NCBI GenBank assembly: GCA_963675755.2
Contig: CAXXMD010000003.1
Location: forward strand, 1,920,001-1,984,000
Direction: 5' to 3'
DNA: 64,000 bases
DNA from: a bacterium
GTDB lineage: Bacteria; Zhuqueibacterota; Zhuqueibacteria; Residuimicrobiales; Krinioviventaceae
The notes under the pieces were generated by a model. It made no database searches. It was not told where the DNA came from and worked only from the letters and a program-made list of their open reading frames with translations. The position numbers were made by a program, and so were the translations under genes. This document shows positions 19,029 through 27,591 of this stretch, piece after piece. The number at the start of each line of letters is the position of its first letter. The stretch's first letter is position 1.

Positions 19029-19964
19029 ATGATTATGGACCGCAGATCGTTTATTAAAACCTCCGGTGCTGCTGTGATGGCTGCCGGATTGGTAAATTCA
19101 TCCCTGTTTGCGGGGACATCCCCCGCTGGAATTGGCATGTGCGACTGGAACCTGCCCAAAGGTTCGGCTAATCCCGATATCATTGCAAAAGCTGCCGAGG
19201 TTACTTTGCAGGGCATTCAGGTGAGTGTGGCAACGAGTCCCGATAATGTACCTTTGAGAGACCCAAAAGTGCGCCAGCAATATGTTGAACTGGGAAAAAA
19301 GAACGGCATTACCTTTCACTCGGTTGCTGCCGGTAGTATTTTGAACAAATACGCCCTGGCCACTGAACCCCAGTCCGCGGTGTATGTGATCGATGCTATT
19401 GAAGCAGCTCAAACCCTGGGTGCAAAGAATATTCTGATTGCGTTTTTTGGTAATGGTGATTTGTTGAAAAAAGACGCGGATGGCAAATACTATACAAAAA
19501 CCATAGACGGATACAATGAGCACGAGCTGGATGAAGCCCGTGTGGAAAAGGTCATTGATTGTTTGAAACAGATCGCTCCACGTGCCGAAGCCGCAGGAGT
19601 TGCTTTGGGACTGGAAAACACCTTGTCCGCCAAACAAAATTTAAAGATCATTGAAGGCATTGGATCACCCATAGCGCAGGTCTATTACGATGTGGGCAAC
19701 TCGTGGGGCAACGGATATAATGTGCCGGCAGAGATCCGTAAACTGGGCAACGACCGTATTTGCGAAGTACATCTCAAGGATTGGAAAACCAAGATTTTGG
19801 GTGACGACAAGGCCATGGTAGACATGGATGCCTGTTCAAAAGCCCTTACGGATATCAACTATGACAAATGGCTGGTGCTTGAAACCAGTGGCCGTAAAAA
19901 CGAGTTTGAAGCAGACACCAAAACTAACGTGGCGTTTTCAAAACGTGTATTTGGTGTGAGTTGA
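19029..19964 (+). CDS. Tat-exported sugar phosphate isomerase/epimerase
   Basis: DRRSFIK Tat motif; GLEN, YYDVGNS, VHLKD, LVLET. Confidence 0.85.
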   Translation: MIMDRRSFIKTSGAAVMAAGLVNSSLFAGTSPAGIGMCDWNLPKGSANPDIIAKAAEVTLQGIQVSVATSPDNVPLRDPKVRQQYVELGKKNGITFHSVAAGSILNKYALATEPQSAVYVIDAIEAAQTLGAKNILIAFFGNGDLLKKDADGKYYTKTIDGYNEHELDEARVEKVIDCLKQIAPRAEAAGVALGLENTLSAKQNLKIIEGIGSPIAQVYYDVGNSWGNGYNVPAEIRKLGNDRICEVHLKDWKTKILGDDKAMVDMDACSKALTDINYDKWLVLETSGRKNEFEADTKTNVAFSKRVFGVS

Positions 19965-19974
19965 CAAAAAAGAC

Positions 19975-20003
19975 TTGATTAAAAGCGGTATATCTATTAT
20001 ATT
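19975..20003 (+). promoter_or_regulatory. Sigma70-like promoter of the tRNA
   Basis: TTGATT-17 nt-TATATT, 24 nt upstream of the tRNA. Confidence 0.5.
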
Positions 20004-20027
20004 TACAATTGTGCAATAAAGGCACAA

Positions 20028-20100
20028 GCGCCTATAGCTCAATTGGCAGAGCATCTGACTCTTAATCAGCAGGTTCGGGGTTCGATTCCCTGTGGGCGCA
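20028..20100 (+). tRNA. tRNA-Lys(CTT), CCA not encoded
   Basis: Acceptor GCGCCTA/TGGGCGC, D-arm GCTC...GAGC, anticodon loop CTCTTAA, T-loop TTCGATT; 73 nt. Confidence 0.95.
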
Positions 20101-20107
20101 CAAAGAA

Positions 20108-20193
20108 CGATTTCCGCCAAAGGCGGACCGTGGCCCTGTGGGCGCACAAAACATTAGGCAGTCGTAAGACTGCCTTTTTTTATTTTAGGGGGA
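20108..20193 (+). repeat. 86-bp direct repeat, copy 1 (interrupted tRNA 3' end, terminator, SD)
   Basis: 84/86 identical to 20489-20574. Confidence 0.97.
20156..20181 (+). terminator. Intrinsic terminator after the tRNA (duplicated at 20537-20562)
   Basis: AGGCAGTC-GTAA-GACTGCCT followed by a T run. Confidence 0.85.
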
Positions 20194-20200
20194 GCCATCC

Positions 20201-20461
20201 ATGTATTTTGTTTATGTGTTGCTGTTGAGTAATAGAAAAAAATATATCGGGCAAACAAATAATCTTGAGAGAAGATTATCAGAGCATAAATCGGGGAAAA
20301 GTAAATATACAAAGGGATATAAAGTCGAAAAATTATTATATGTTGAAGAGTATACAACCCGAAAAGAAGCTATGGATAGGGAAAAATACTTGAAATCCGG
20401 GCAAGGTCGGGAATGGCTAAAGCAATTTTTAAACAGTAAAGATATCGGGGCCGAGTGTTGA
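20201..20461 (+). CDS. Stand-alone GIY-YIG nuclease (Slx1-like/UPF0213-type)
   Basis: YFVYVL...KYIGQTNNLERRLSEH...EAMDREKYLKSG; catalytic Tyr, Arg, His and Glu positions intact; SD GGGGAG. Confidence 0.92.
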   Translation: MYFVYVLLLSNRKKYIGQTNNLERRLSEHKSGKSKYTKGYKVEKLLYVEEYTTRKEAMDREKYLKSGQGREWLKQFLNSKDIGAEC

Positions 20462-20488
20462 AAACACGAGGTGCGCCAGAGGCGCATT

Positions 20489-20574
20489 CGATTTCCGCCA
20501 AAGGCGGACCGTGGCCCTGTGGGCGCACACAATATTAGGCAGTCGTAAGACTGCCTTTTTTTATTTTAGGGGGA
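20489..20574 (+). repeat. 86-bp direct repeat, copy 2
   Basis: 84/86 identical to 20108-20193. Confidence 0.97.
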
Positions 20575-20710
20575 TTGGTTTTTACCACAAAGCCGCCAAA
20601 ATCACAAAGTATCACATCCGCTGGAGAACAGACAAGCTTTAAACGCGAAAGTTGACCGGGTTTCATGTTGTTTCTGGTTCCAAGGGCTCTGCCCTGGGAT
20701 CAAAAAAAGT

Positions 20711-20741
20711 GATCGTGACGGAGATTATCTCCGTCACGATC
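20711..20741. repeat. 31-bp perfect palindrome, copy 1 (centre T)
   Basis: GATCGTGACGGAGAT-T-ATCTCCGTCACGATC. Confidence 0.95.
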
Positions 20742-20924
20742 TTGTTATGGTTATTTAGTAAACAGAATGTGATATGTCATATATTTTTATGACAATCTGC
20801 GTTCATCTGCACGAGATCGACTTTTGATGGGTTTATACAAGAGCAAAACAGCAACATTTCCTGTTCGATTTTATCCCCAAGTTTATCAATATTTAAGTTG
20901 AAAAGGTTTTATTATGATAACTTT

Positions 20925-21359
20925 TCAATCCTCTGCTTCAAGCCAATTCGATAAAAGCTGTTCAATGGTTAGCAGGCCTTCAAGCTTTCCGGCTTTGTTT
21001 ACTACGGGAATGGCATCAAGTTGATGTTTGACCATCAGGTTGATGACTTTTTCAAGCGGGTCCGACTCGTTGCAGGTAATAAAATGTTTGATGAGCAAGT
21101 CCTCCGCATGTTCCGATGTAAGCAGAGAGTAAAGTTCTGTCACTTTGCTGCTTGCAGAAACATGATGCGAAAAAATCGCTTGAAATAATCGTTTACGGCT
21201 GACAAGTCCCAGTAAATTGTCGGAATCATCCACAACGCAGAGATAATGGGTTTCCGGATGTTTTACAACGAGTTTTGCCATTTTCCGAATGGTTATGGTT
21301 CCGGATACATTGCCGATAGTATTATAAGGATAGAGATCTTTGATCAACTGCTTTTTCAT
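20925..21359 (-). CDS. CBS-domain pair protein
   Basis: VVDDSDNLLGLVS and IPVVNKAGKLEGLLT; overlaps the antiporter stop. Confidence 0.88.
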   Translation of the reverse strand: MKKQLIKDLYPYNTIGNVSGTITIRKMAKLVVKHPETHYLCVVDDSDNLLGLVSRKRLFQAIFSHHVSASSKVTELYSLLTSEHAEDLLIKHFITCNESDPLEKVINLMVKHQLDAIPVVNKAGKLEGLLTIEQLLSNWLEAED

Positions 21360-22579
21360 GATTCTTTTCCCTTTTCTCCGTTTTGCGTTTGATCGGGGAT
21401 TTCGCCGGCTTTGGAAATTGCAAATTTTACCGACATTGGACCAATGATTTGGACCAATAGTGTTGTTGCGGCAATTACATTAATTACAGTATGCCCCAAA
21501 TGTTCTCCGGCAGTTCCTAGTTTACCAAAATGCTGATAAATATCGAGCGCAAGGCCAATGGCAACGCCGGCTTGCGAAAACAGAGCGAACCCGAGATACT
21601 TTTTAACAGCGGAAGGCGCTCCGGATATAACCGATCCCAGAAAAGCTCCTGACCATTTACCAATTGTTCTGCCTAGAACATACAAGATACCCAGAATCCC
21701 CATAGACGGCATGAGCCCCAATTGCAATCTGGCGCCAACAAATAAAAAGAAAATAATATAAATCGGGGGGACAAAGCTTTTTACGATTTCGAAATTCGAC
21801 TCGTTTCGGTCCCGATGAAGATTGGTAAGAGTAAGGCCAACAGCCATGTTGGTGAGGATGAGTGAAAGGTCATAATATTTGGCGATACCGCTTGCTAAAA
21901 ATATGGCTGCAATATTTATCACCAGTTGGTCATCTCGTGAAGAGATCCAGCGGAGTACATAGTTGATGATCAATGCGATTGTAATTCCAAGCAAGAGTGA
22001 ACCAAAAATTTCAAACAGGGGCTGTAAAAGCATGATTTTAACACTCAACCCACCGCCGGCAACAAGCGCGTTTGCAAAGGCAAAAGCAAATCCATAAAGA
22101 AAGAGTGCCAGGCCGTCATCAAGTGCCACAATGGCTAATATTGTTGAAGTCAATGGACCTTTTGAGCGATATTCCCATAAAACATCTACAGTTGCCGCCG
22201 GTGCAGTAGCTGAACTGAGAGCGCCTAATAAAATGCCCAGCGGGATATTCTTTGTTAATAATATGGTCAGGATGCTAACAAAGAGCATGGCCAGCAGCCC
22301 CTCGGAAAGCAAAATACTAAAGAATTGTTTTCCATATTTTTGGAATATAGAATATTTGAGTTCTCCACCAACCATAAAACCAATAAATGCCAACGCTATT
22401 GACGTCAGAGCGGATAATTTATCAAGGGTTTCTATCGATAAAAAATGCAGAACCGAGTCCCCAAGTACAACTCCAACGACAATATAGCCAACCACCTGTG
22501 GAATACCAAAACGTTCAAAAAGTCGTCCGCCTGCCAGACCCAGTGCCATAATAAGGCCAAGGGTAAATAATATATGCAT
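21356..22579 (-). CDS. Cation:proton antiporter (Na+/H+ exchanger family)
   Basis: Multiple TM helices; ATAPAAT, VALDD, QAGVAIGL. Confidence 0.9.
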   Translation of the reverse strand: MHILFTLGLIMALGLAGGRLFERFGIPQVVGYIVVGVVLGDSVLHFLSIETLDKLSALTSIALAFIGFMVGGELKYSIFQKYGKQFFSILLSEGLLAMLFVSILTILLTKNIPLGILLGALSSATAPAATVDVLWEYRSKGPLTSTILAIVALDDGLALFLYGFAFAFANALVAGGGLSVKIMLLQPLFEIFGSLLLGITIALIINYVLRWISSRDDQLVINIAAIFLASGIAKYYDLSLILTNMAVGLTLTNLHRDRNESNFEIVKSFVPPIYIIFFLFVGARLQLGLMPSMGILGILYVLGRTIGKWSGAFLGSVISGAPSAVKKYLGFALFSQAGVAIGLALDIYQHFGKLGTAGEHLGHTVINVIAATTLLVQIIGPMSVKFAISKAGEIPDQTQNGEKGKES

Positions 22580-22916
22580 TCTGAATTATCCTCTCATTTG
22601 CTCATAGGGCTGCAATTGGCGAGTTATGCAGATACCCTGCCTGGAAGAAAAGTTTAGAATATATCAATTTGGGTGATTAATTTAAAACAAAATGAATGTT
22701 TTCAATTCATTGCTTTTAAATATCAACAAGATGACAGAATGTTATATTTCATCTATTAATTTTCAAGAAAATCAGACAATTGTAAATCGTAAACTATTTG
22801 ATGTGAATTAATATTTATTAGACTCCGGATCACGTTATAATCCATGTTGATTTAATAACGAGAAATGTATATCTTGATAAACCAACGACTATTACTTTTA
22901 ATGAATGGATTTCAAG

Positions 22917-24572
22917 ATGAAAAATATGCTTCTAGTAGTCATTTTGTTTTTTTATGTAGTTTCGGTGCAGGGACAGGCTAGCAATCCACTTGATGATATC
23001 TTAATAACATCGGAAGAGGGTAAAACCCAGGTAGAAACCAATGAAAATGGAGAATTGCTGGTAAATGTATCTCCAAAGGATGTTCAAAAATTCAGAGCAA
23101 ATGGAAACGTCCATTACAGCGATTTTGGCGCTGTGGGTGACAGTAAAACCGATGATTTAGATGCTATTGCTGCAACCCATGCGTTTGCCAATATGCACAA
23201 GCTTTTGGTCAAAGCCGATGAAGGAGCAACCTACTATATTGGAAAGACAGAACGCACTGCGGTCATTCAGACCGATACGGACTTTGGTACGGCTGCGTTT
23301 ATTGTTGATGATAGTCAGGTACCAGTGGAAAAACGAGGCGCTTCTGTTTTCAAGGTATCCTCAACCCAGGAACCGGTCGAAATTAAAAGTATAACCTCTC
23401 TCAAGCGCAATCAGGAGAAAATCGATATCACTTTACCAAAAAGCTGTCTGGTTACCGTTACCGATTCGAATGTAAAACGATACATCCGTTTTGGATTGAA
23501 TCAAAACAGCGGATCTCCGCAAACAGATATTTTTGTTGTTGATAAAAATGGAAACGTGGACAAGAATACACCCATCATTTGGGATTTTGATGAGATTACC
23601 GAGATTAACGCCATACCCATTGACGAGACCACACTCAACATCACCGGTGGACGTTTTACGACAATCGCAAATACTGTTGAATCCAAATACACCTATTTCA
23701 GCCGTAACATGGTGATCAATCGATCAAATGTGCTTGTGACCGGACTGGAACATCGCATCACCGATGAAGGAGATCATGGTGCGCCCTATAGCGGATTTAT
23801 AACCATCAGCAACTGTTCCAATGTGACTGTCAAAAATACCATCCTGACGGGACACAAGAAATACTATACCATCGGTTCGGCAGGCAAACCGGTACCCATG
23901 GGTTCTTATGATATTTCAAATGGTCGTGCCCTCAATATATCCTTTATCGATTGCAGTCAGACAAATGATATCAAGAACAATACGTACTGGGGAATCATGG
24001 GCTCCAACTATTGTAAAAATCTGGTATATGATAATTGTAAATTCTCCAGGTTCGATGCCCACATGGGTGTTGCTAATGCCACCATTCGCAATTCAACCCT
24101 GGGTCACATGGGAATCAATGCCATTGGTACCGGAGTTTTGACCGTAGAGAATTGCACCATTTATGGCAGAAATCTGGTTAATCTTCGCAGCGATTATGGC
24201 AGTACGTGGCGGGGAGACTTTATCATCCGCAACTGTACGTTTGTGCCTTCCGGAGGTCAAACAACGAGTGCCAGCCTGTTCGGTGGTTCCAACTCGGGCA
24301 AGCACGATTTTGGTTATACCTGTTATATGCCGGAAACCATTACCATAGAGTCCCTCCACATAGATGATTCCAATCATCCCGAGGAATACCAGGGTCCCGC
24401 TATTTTTGAAAATTTTAACAAGGAATATACAGACAGCACTTATAAAGAAACGTATCCATATATCAAAACCCATAAAGTCATTCTTGAAAACGTGACCACA
24501 GCAAGCGGAAAAAAAATAAGGGTAAGTGATAATCCCTATATGTTCAGGGATGTCAAGGTAGTCGCTGAATAA
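22917..24572 (+). CDS. Secreted pectin-lyase-fold (beta-helix) protein, function unknown
   Basis: Signal peptide; YSDFGAVGD.KTDD N-terminal motif; Asn/Cys-rich beta-helix repeats; SRFDAH. Confidence 0.7.
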   Translation: MKNMLLVVILFFYVVSVQGQASNPLDDILITSEEGKTQVETNENGELLVNVSPKDVQKFRANGNVHYSDFGAVGDSKTDDLDAIAATHAFANMHKLLVKADEGATYYIGKTERTAVIQTDTDFGTAAFIVDDSQVPVEKRGASVFKVSSTQEPVEIKSITSLKRNQEKIDITLPKSCLVTVTDSNVKRYIRFGLNQNSGSPQTDIFVVDKNGNVDKNTPIIWDFDEITEINAIPIDETTLNITGGRFTTIANTVESKYTYFSRNMVINRSNVLVTGLEHRITDEGDHGAPYSGFITISNCSNVTVKNTILTGHKKYYTIGSAGKPVPMGSYDISNGRALNISFIDCSQTNDIKNNTYWGIMGSNYCKNLVYDNCKFSRFDAHMGVANATIRNSTLGHMGINAIGTGVLTVENCTIYGRNLVNLRSDYGSTWRGDFIIRNCTFVPSGGQTTSASLFGGSNSGKHDFGYTCYMPETITIESLHIDDSNHPEEYQGPAIFENFNKEYTDSTYKETYPYIKTHKVILENVTTASGKKIRVSDNPYMFRDVKVVAE

Positions 24573-24590
24573 AAGTTACTATTGAGCGTT

Positions 24591-24619
24591 TAAGGGCAGT
24601 CAATTATTGGCTGCCTTTA
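24591..24619 (+). terminator. Terminator-like hairpin
   Basis: TAAGGGCAGTCAAT-T-ATTGGCTGCCTTTA after the beta-helix gene. Confidence 0.55.
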
Positions 24620-24635
24620 TAATTAAACATTATAT

Positions 24636-24666
24636 GATCGTGACGGAGATCATCTCCGTCACGATC
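24636..24666. repeat. 31-bp perfect palindrome, copy 2 (centre C)
   Basis: GATCGTGACGGAGAT-C-ATCTCCGTCACGATC. Confidence 0.95.
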
Positions 24667-24784
24667 TTTTATTTGCCGCATCCTATGTTGTATTGATGCT
24701 GCCCTACTTTTCCCTCAAAAAAAATCATTTGATCTTTTCTTCCCGTGGCTTATCTTAGTAAACAACAATTCGGGAGGTTGGTCC

Positions 24785-26227
24785 ATGAAACGCAGAGCAT
24801 TTCTCAAATCCATGAGCGCGGGCGCAGGATACCTGGTATTGAACAGCATGTGCGCGTCTAAAGCATCTCATAATAAACCCAATATCGTTTTATGTATGGC
24901 GGATGACCAGGGCTGGGGAGATATGGGCTATTACGGGCACCCCGAGTTGAAAACGCCAAATTTTGACGCCATGGCGGCAGAGAATTTACGTTTTGATCAT
25001 TTTTATGCTGCGGCACCGGTTTGCTCGCCCACACGAGGCAGTGTAATGACCGGAAGGCATCCCAATCGGTTTGGCTGTTTCAAATGGGGCCATACCCTGC
25101 GGCCGCAAGAGATTACCATTGCCGAAGCACTAAAGCAGGCGGGTTATGTAACCGGTCATTTCGGCAAATGGCACCTGGGATCTGTGTGCAAAAACAGTCC
25201 CGTAAGTCCTTGTGCAAGCGGATTTGACGAGTGGTTGTCCGCCCCCAATTTTTTTGACAACGATCCCATCTTGAGCCGTGAAGGAACAGCCGTTCAAACC
25301 CATGGCGAAAGCTCTATGGTAACCGCAGACGCGGCCATTGAATTTATAGAAAAACATGCCAACCAGCCCCATCCTTTTTTGGCGGTGGTGTGGTTTGGAT
25401 CCCCGCATAATCCCCATCAGGCAATTGAGCAGGACCGTGCATTGTATGCCGCATCCGAAGAAAAATATAAAGATTTTTACGGCGAAATTACCGGCATGGA
25501 CCGGGCGTTCGGTAAGCTGCGTAACAGATTGAAATCTCTGGGTATTGCCGAGAATACGATCCTTTGGTATTGCAGTGATAACGGTGGATTGCCGGGGCTG
25601 GCAGTGACCGGAGGACGGGAATTCAAAGGGAGTATATATGAAGGTGGACTCCGGGTACCGGCAATTTTAGAGTGGCCTGCAAAGATCAAAGCGCACCGGG
25701 TGACTCAAGTGCCTTGCAACACCGTGGATATATATCCCACATTGTTGGATATTGTGGGAGTAACAATGCCCAATCAGCCAGTGCTGGATGGTGTAAGCCT
25801 TTCCGGAATCATTGACAGAAGTATGGACAAACGCCCCAAACCCATGGGATTCTGGTCGCATCCCACCCGCGGTATCAGTACGCCCAGTAAAGTTTGGATG
25901 AAAGAAATGCTGGATGCCCAGAAAGCGGGAGAAGATTGTACGGATCCCTCGCGAATCCATCCGGATGCCGCAGAGATCAAACAGCAGTATTCAACAGACA
26001 GTTTTCCGGGACACTCGGCCTGGCTGGACTGGCCCTGGAAGCTGCATAGGATTGAGCAGGATGAAAAGATCACGTTAGAGCTGTACAATCTGGAAACAGA
26101 TAACATGGAAGCAAAAGATTTGGCAAATGCCAAACTGGATAAAACAAAATCCATGCTTGAAGGATTGGAAACGTGGCTGGTCTCGGTGGTGAACAGCCTG
26201 AACGGAAAAGATTATAAAAAAGTATAG
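24785..26227 (+). CDS. Tat-exported Cys-type sulfatase (S1 family)
   Basis: KRRAFLK Tat motif; MADDQG, CSPTRG (CxPxR), GKWHLG, SDNG. Confidence 0.95.
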   Translation: MKRRAFLKSMSAGAGYLVLNSMCASKASHNKPNIVLCMADDQGWGDMGYYGHPELKTPNFDAMAAENLRFDHFYAAAPVCSPTRGSVMTGRHPNRFGCFKWGHTLRPQEITIAEALKQAGYVTGHFGKWHLGSVCKNSPVSPCASGFDEWLSAPNFFDNDPILSREGTAVQTHGESSMVTADAAIEFIEKHANQPHPFLAVVWFGSPHNPHQAIEQDRALYAASEEKYKDFYGEITGMDRAFGKLRNRLKSLGIAENTILWYCSDNGGLPGLAVTGGREFKGSIYEGGLRVPAILEWPAKIKAHRVTQVPCNTVDIYPTLLDIVGVTMPNQPVLDGVSLSGIIDRSMDKRPKPMGFWSHPTRGISTPSKVWMKEMLDAQKAGEDCTDPSRIHPDAAEIKQQYSTDSFPGHSAWLDWPWKLHRIEQDEKITLELYNLETDNMEAKDLANAKLDKTKSMLEGLETWLVSVVNSLNGKDYKKV

Positions 26228-26318
26228 AACACGATTAAAACGAATAACACGAATTTTCACGGATTAATTTTATATTGTTTCCATCGAATTCAGAGGTTGG
26301 TAATATTAAGGAGTTGAA

Positions 26319-27563
26319 ATGAAAAGAGTAGTTCTGATATTGGTAATAGCAATGAGTCATATTCTATTTGCACAGTCACAATGGCCGCAGTTTAGAGGTC
26401 CCGGTGGTGATGGTGTGGTTGACCTGCAAGGGTTGCCCTATGAATGGAGCGAGAGTCAAAATGTAAAATGGAAAACCGCCATTCATGATCTGGGGTATTC
26501 TACTCCGGTGATTTTGAATAACCAGGTCTGGTTTACCACGGCAACTCCAACTGGTGAAAAAATGTACGCGGTTTGTCTTGATCTCAAGACCGGCAAGGTG
26601 GTACATGATATTCTGGTGTTTACCAACACGGACCCACAAGGCATCCACAAGCTGAACAGTTATGCTACACCTTCTGCCACAATTGAAGCGGGCAGGGTAT
26701 ATGTGCATTTTGGCACGTTTGGAACGGCCTGTTTGGATTCACAGACCGGTAAAAAGATATGGGAGCAGCGGGGACTGCATATCGAGCATATGCAGGGACC
26801 TTCAGCGTCTCCAATCATTTACAAGAATTTATTGATTGTGCACATGGACGGTACTGATGTGCAATATATTGTGGCTATGGATAAAAACACCGGCAAAGTG
26901 GTTTGGAAGACCGAGCGTCCCCAGGAATTTTACAAAGATGTACGTCCTGTCTGGCGTAAAGGATACACCACACCCCTGTTAATCAATTGGAAAGGTAAGA
27001 CCCAACTGATCAGCGTTGCAGGCCAGGTGGTACAGTCCCTGAATCCCGATACGGGTGATGTATACTGGAATGTAGTGGTTGCAGGAGATTCACCGGTACC
27101 GTCTCCGGTATTCTGGAACGGACTGGTTTATGTGAATGGCGGGTATCATTCCCGGACTCCCAGTCTCTGGGCTGTTGCGGTAGACGGCAGTGGCAATGTA
27201 ACCGATACCCATGTAAAATGGAAAACCGATCAGCACATCTCGAACGAGGCATCGCCGGTGGTCAAAGATGGTCTTTTATATGTTGTGAATGATCGGGGCG
27301 AGGCTGCCTGTCTGGATGCGGCAACCGGAGATATGTTCTGGGAACATCGACTCTCGGGCAAGTATGGCGCATCTATATTGCTCAATCAGGACAAGGTCTA
27401 TTTTTTCAGCAAAAAAGGATTGTGTACGGTTGTGAGAGCCGGAAAAACGCTCGAGATTTTAGCAGAGAACCAATTGGATGATGGATTTTACGCATCGGCT
27501 GCCGCTGTAGATAAATCATTGATACTGCGCACGTCAACACATGTCTATTGTATTATGGAATAG
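26319..27563 (+). CDS. PQQ-like/BamB-type beta-propeller protein
   Basis: WPQFRGP N-terminus, repeated ..D..TG...W and SP motifs. Confidence 0.85.
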   Translation: MKRVVLILVIAMSHILFAQSQWPQFRGPGGDGVVDLQGLPYEWSESQNVKWKTAIHDLGYSTPVILNNQVWFTTATPTGEKMYAVCLDLKTGKVVHDILVFTNTDPQGIHKLNSYATPSATIEAGRVYVHFGTFGTACLDSQTGKKIWEQRGLHIEHMQGPSASPIIYKNLLIVHMDGTDVQYIVAMDKNTGKVVWKTERPQEFYKDVRPVWRKGYTTPLLINWKGKTQLISVAGQVVQSLNPDTGDVYWNVVVAGDSPVPSPVFWNGLVYVNGGYHSRTPSLWAVAVDGSGNVTDTHVKWKTDQHISNEASPVVKDGLLYVVNDRGEAACLDAATGDMFWEHRLSGKYGASILLNQDKVYFFSKKGLCTVVRAGKTLEILAENQLDDGFYASAAAVDKSLILRTSTHVYCIME

Positions 27564-27591
27564 AGCAATGGTCTGGAAAGGAAAGGTATAG

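Larger units (their letters stand above)
20108..20574 (+). mobile_element. Putative tRNA-anchored GIY-YIG mini-element
   Basis: Single nuclease gene between 86-bp direct repeats containing the tRNA 3' end; no integrase or transposase; mobility is inferred. Confidence 0.55.

Noticed and set aside
19938-20532. Minus-strand ORFs over the tRNA and nuclease
   Set aside because: Spurious translations of tRNA, repeat and antisense nuclease sequence
20088-20574. CRISPR array interpretation of the repeats
   Set aside because: Only two or three units with irregular spacing; they derive from the tRNA; no cas genes
22580-22660. Riboswitch upstream of the cation antiporter
   Set aside because: A weak AGGG..CTGCA/TGCAGCCCT stem exists on the minus strand, but I see no match to Na+, Li+, fluoride or c-di-AMP consensus motifs
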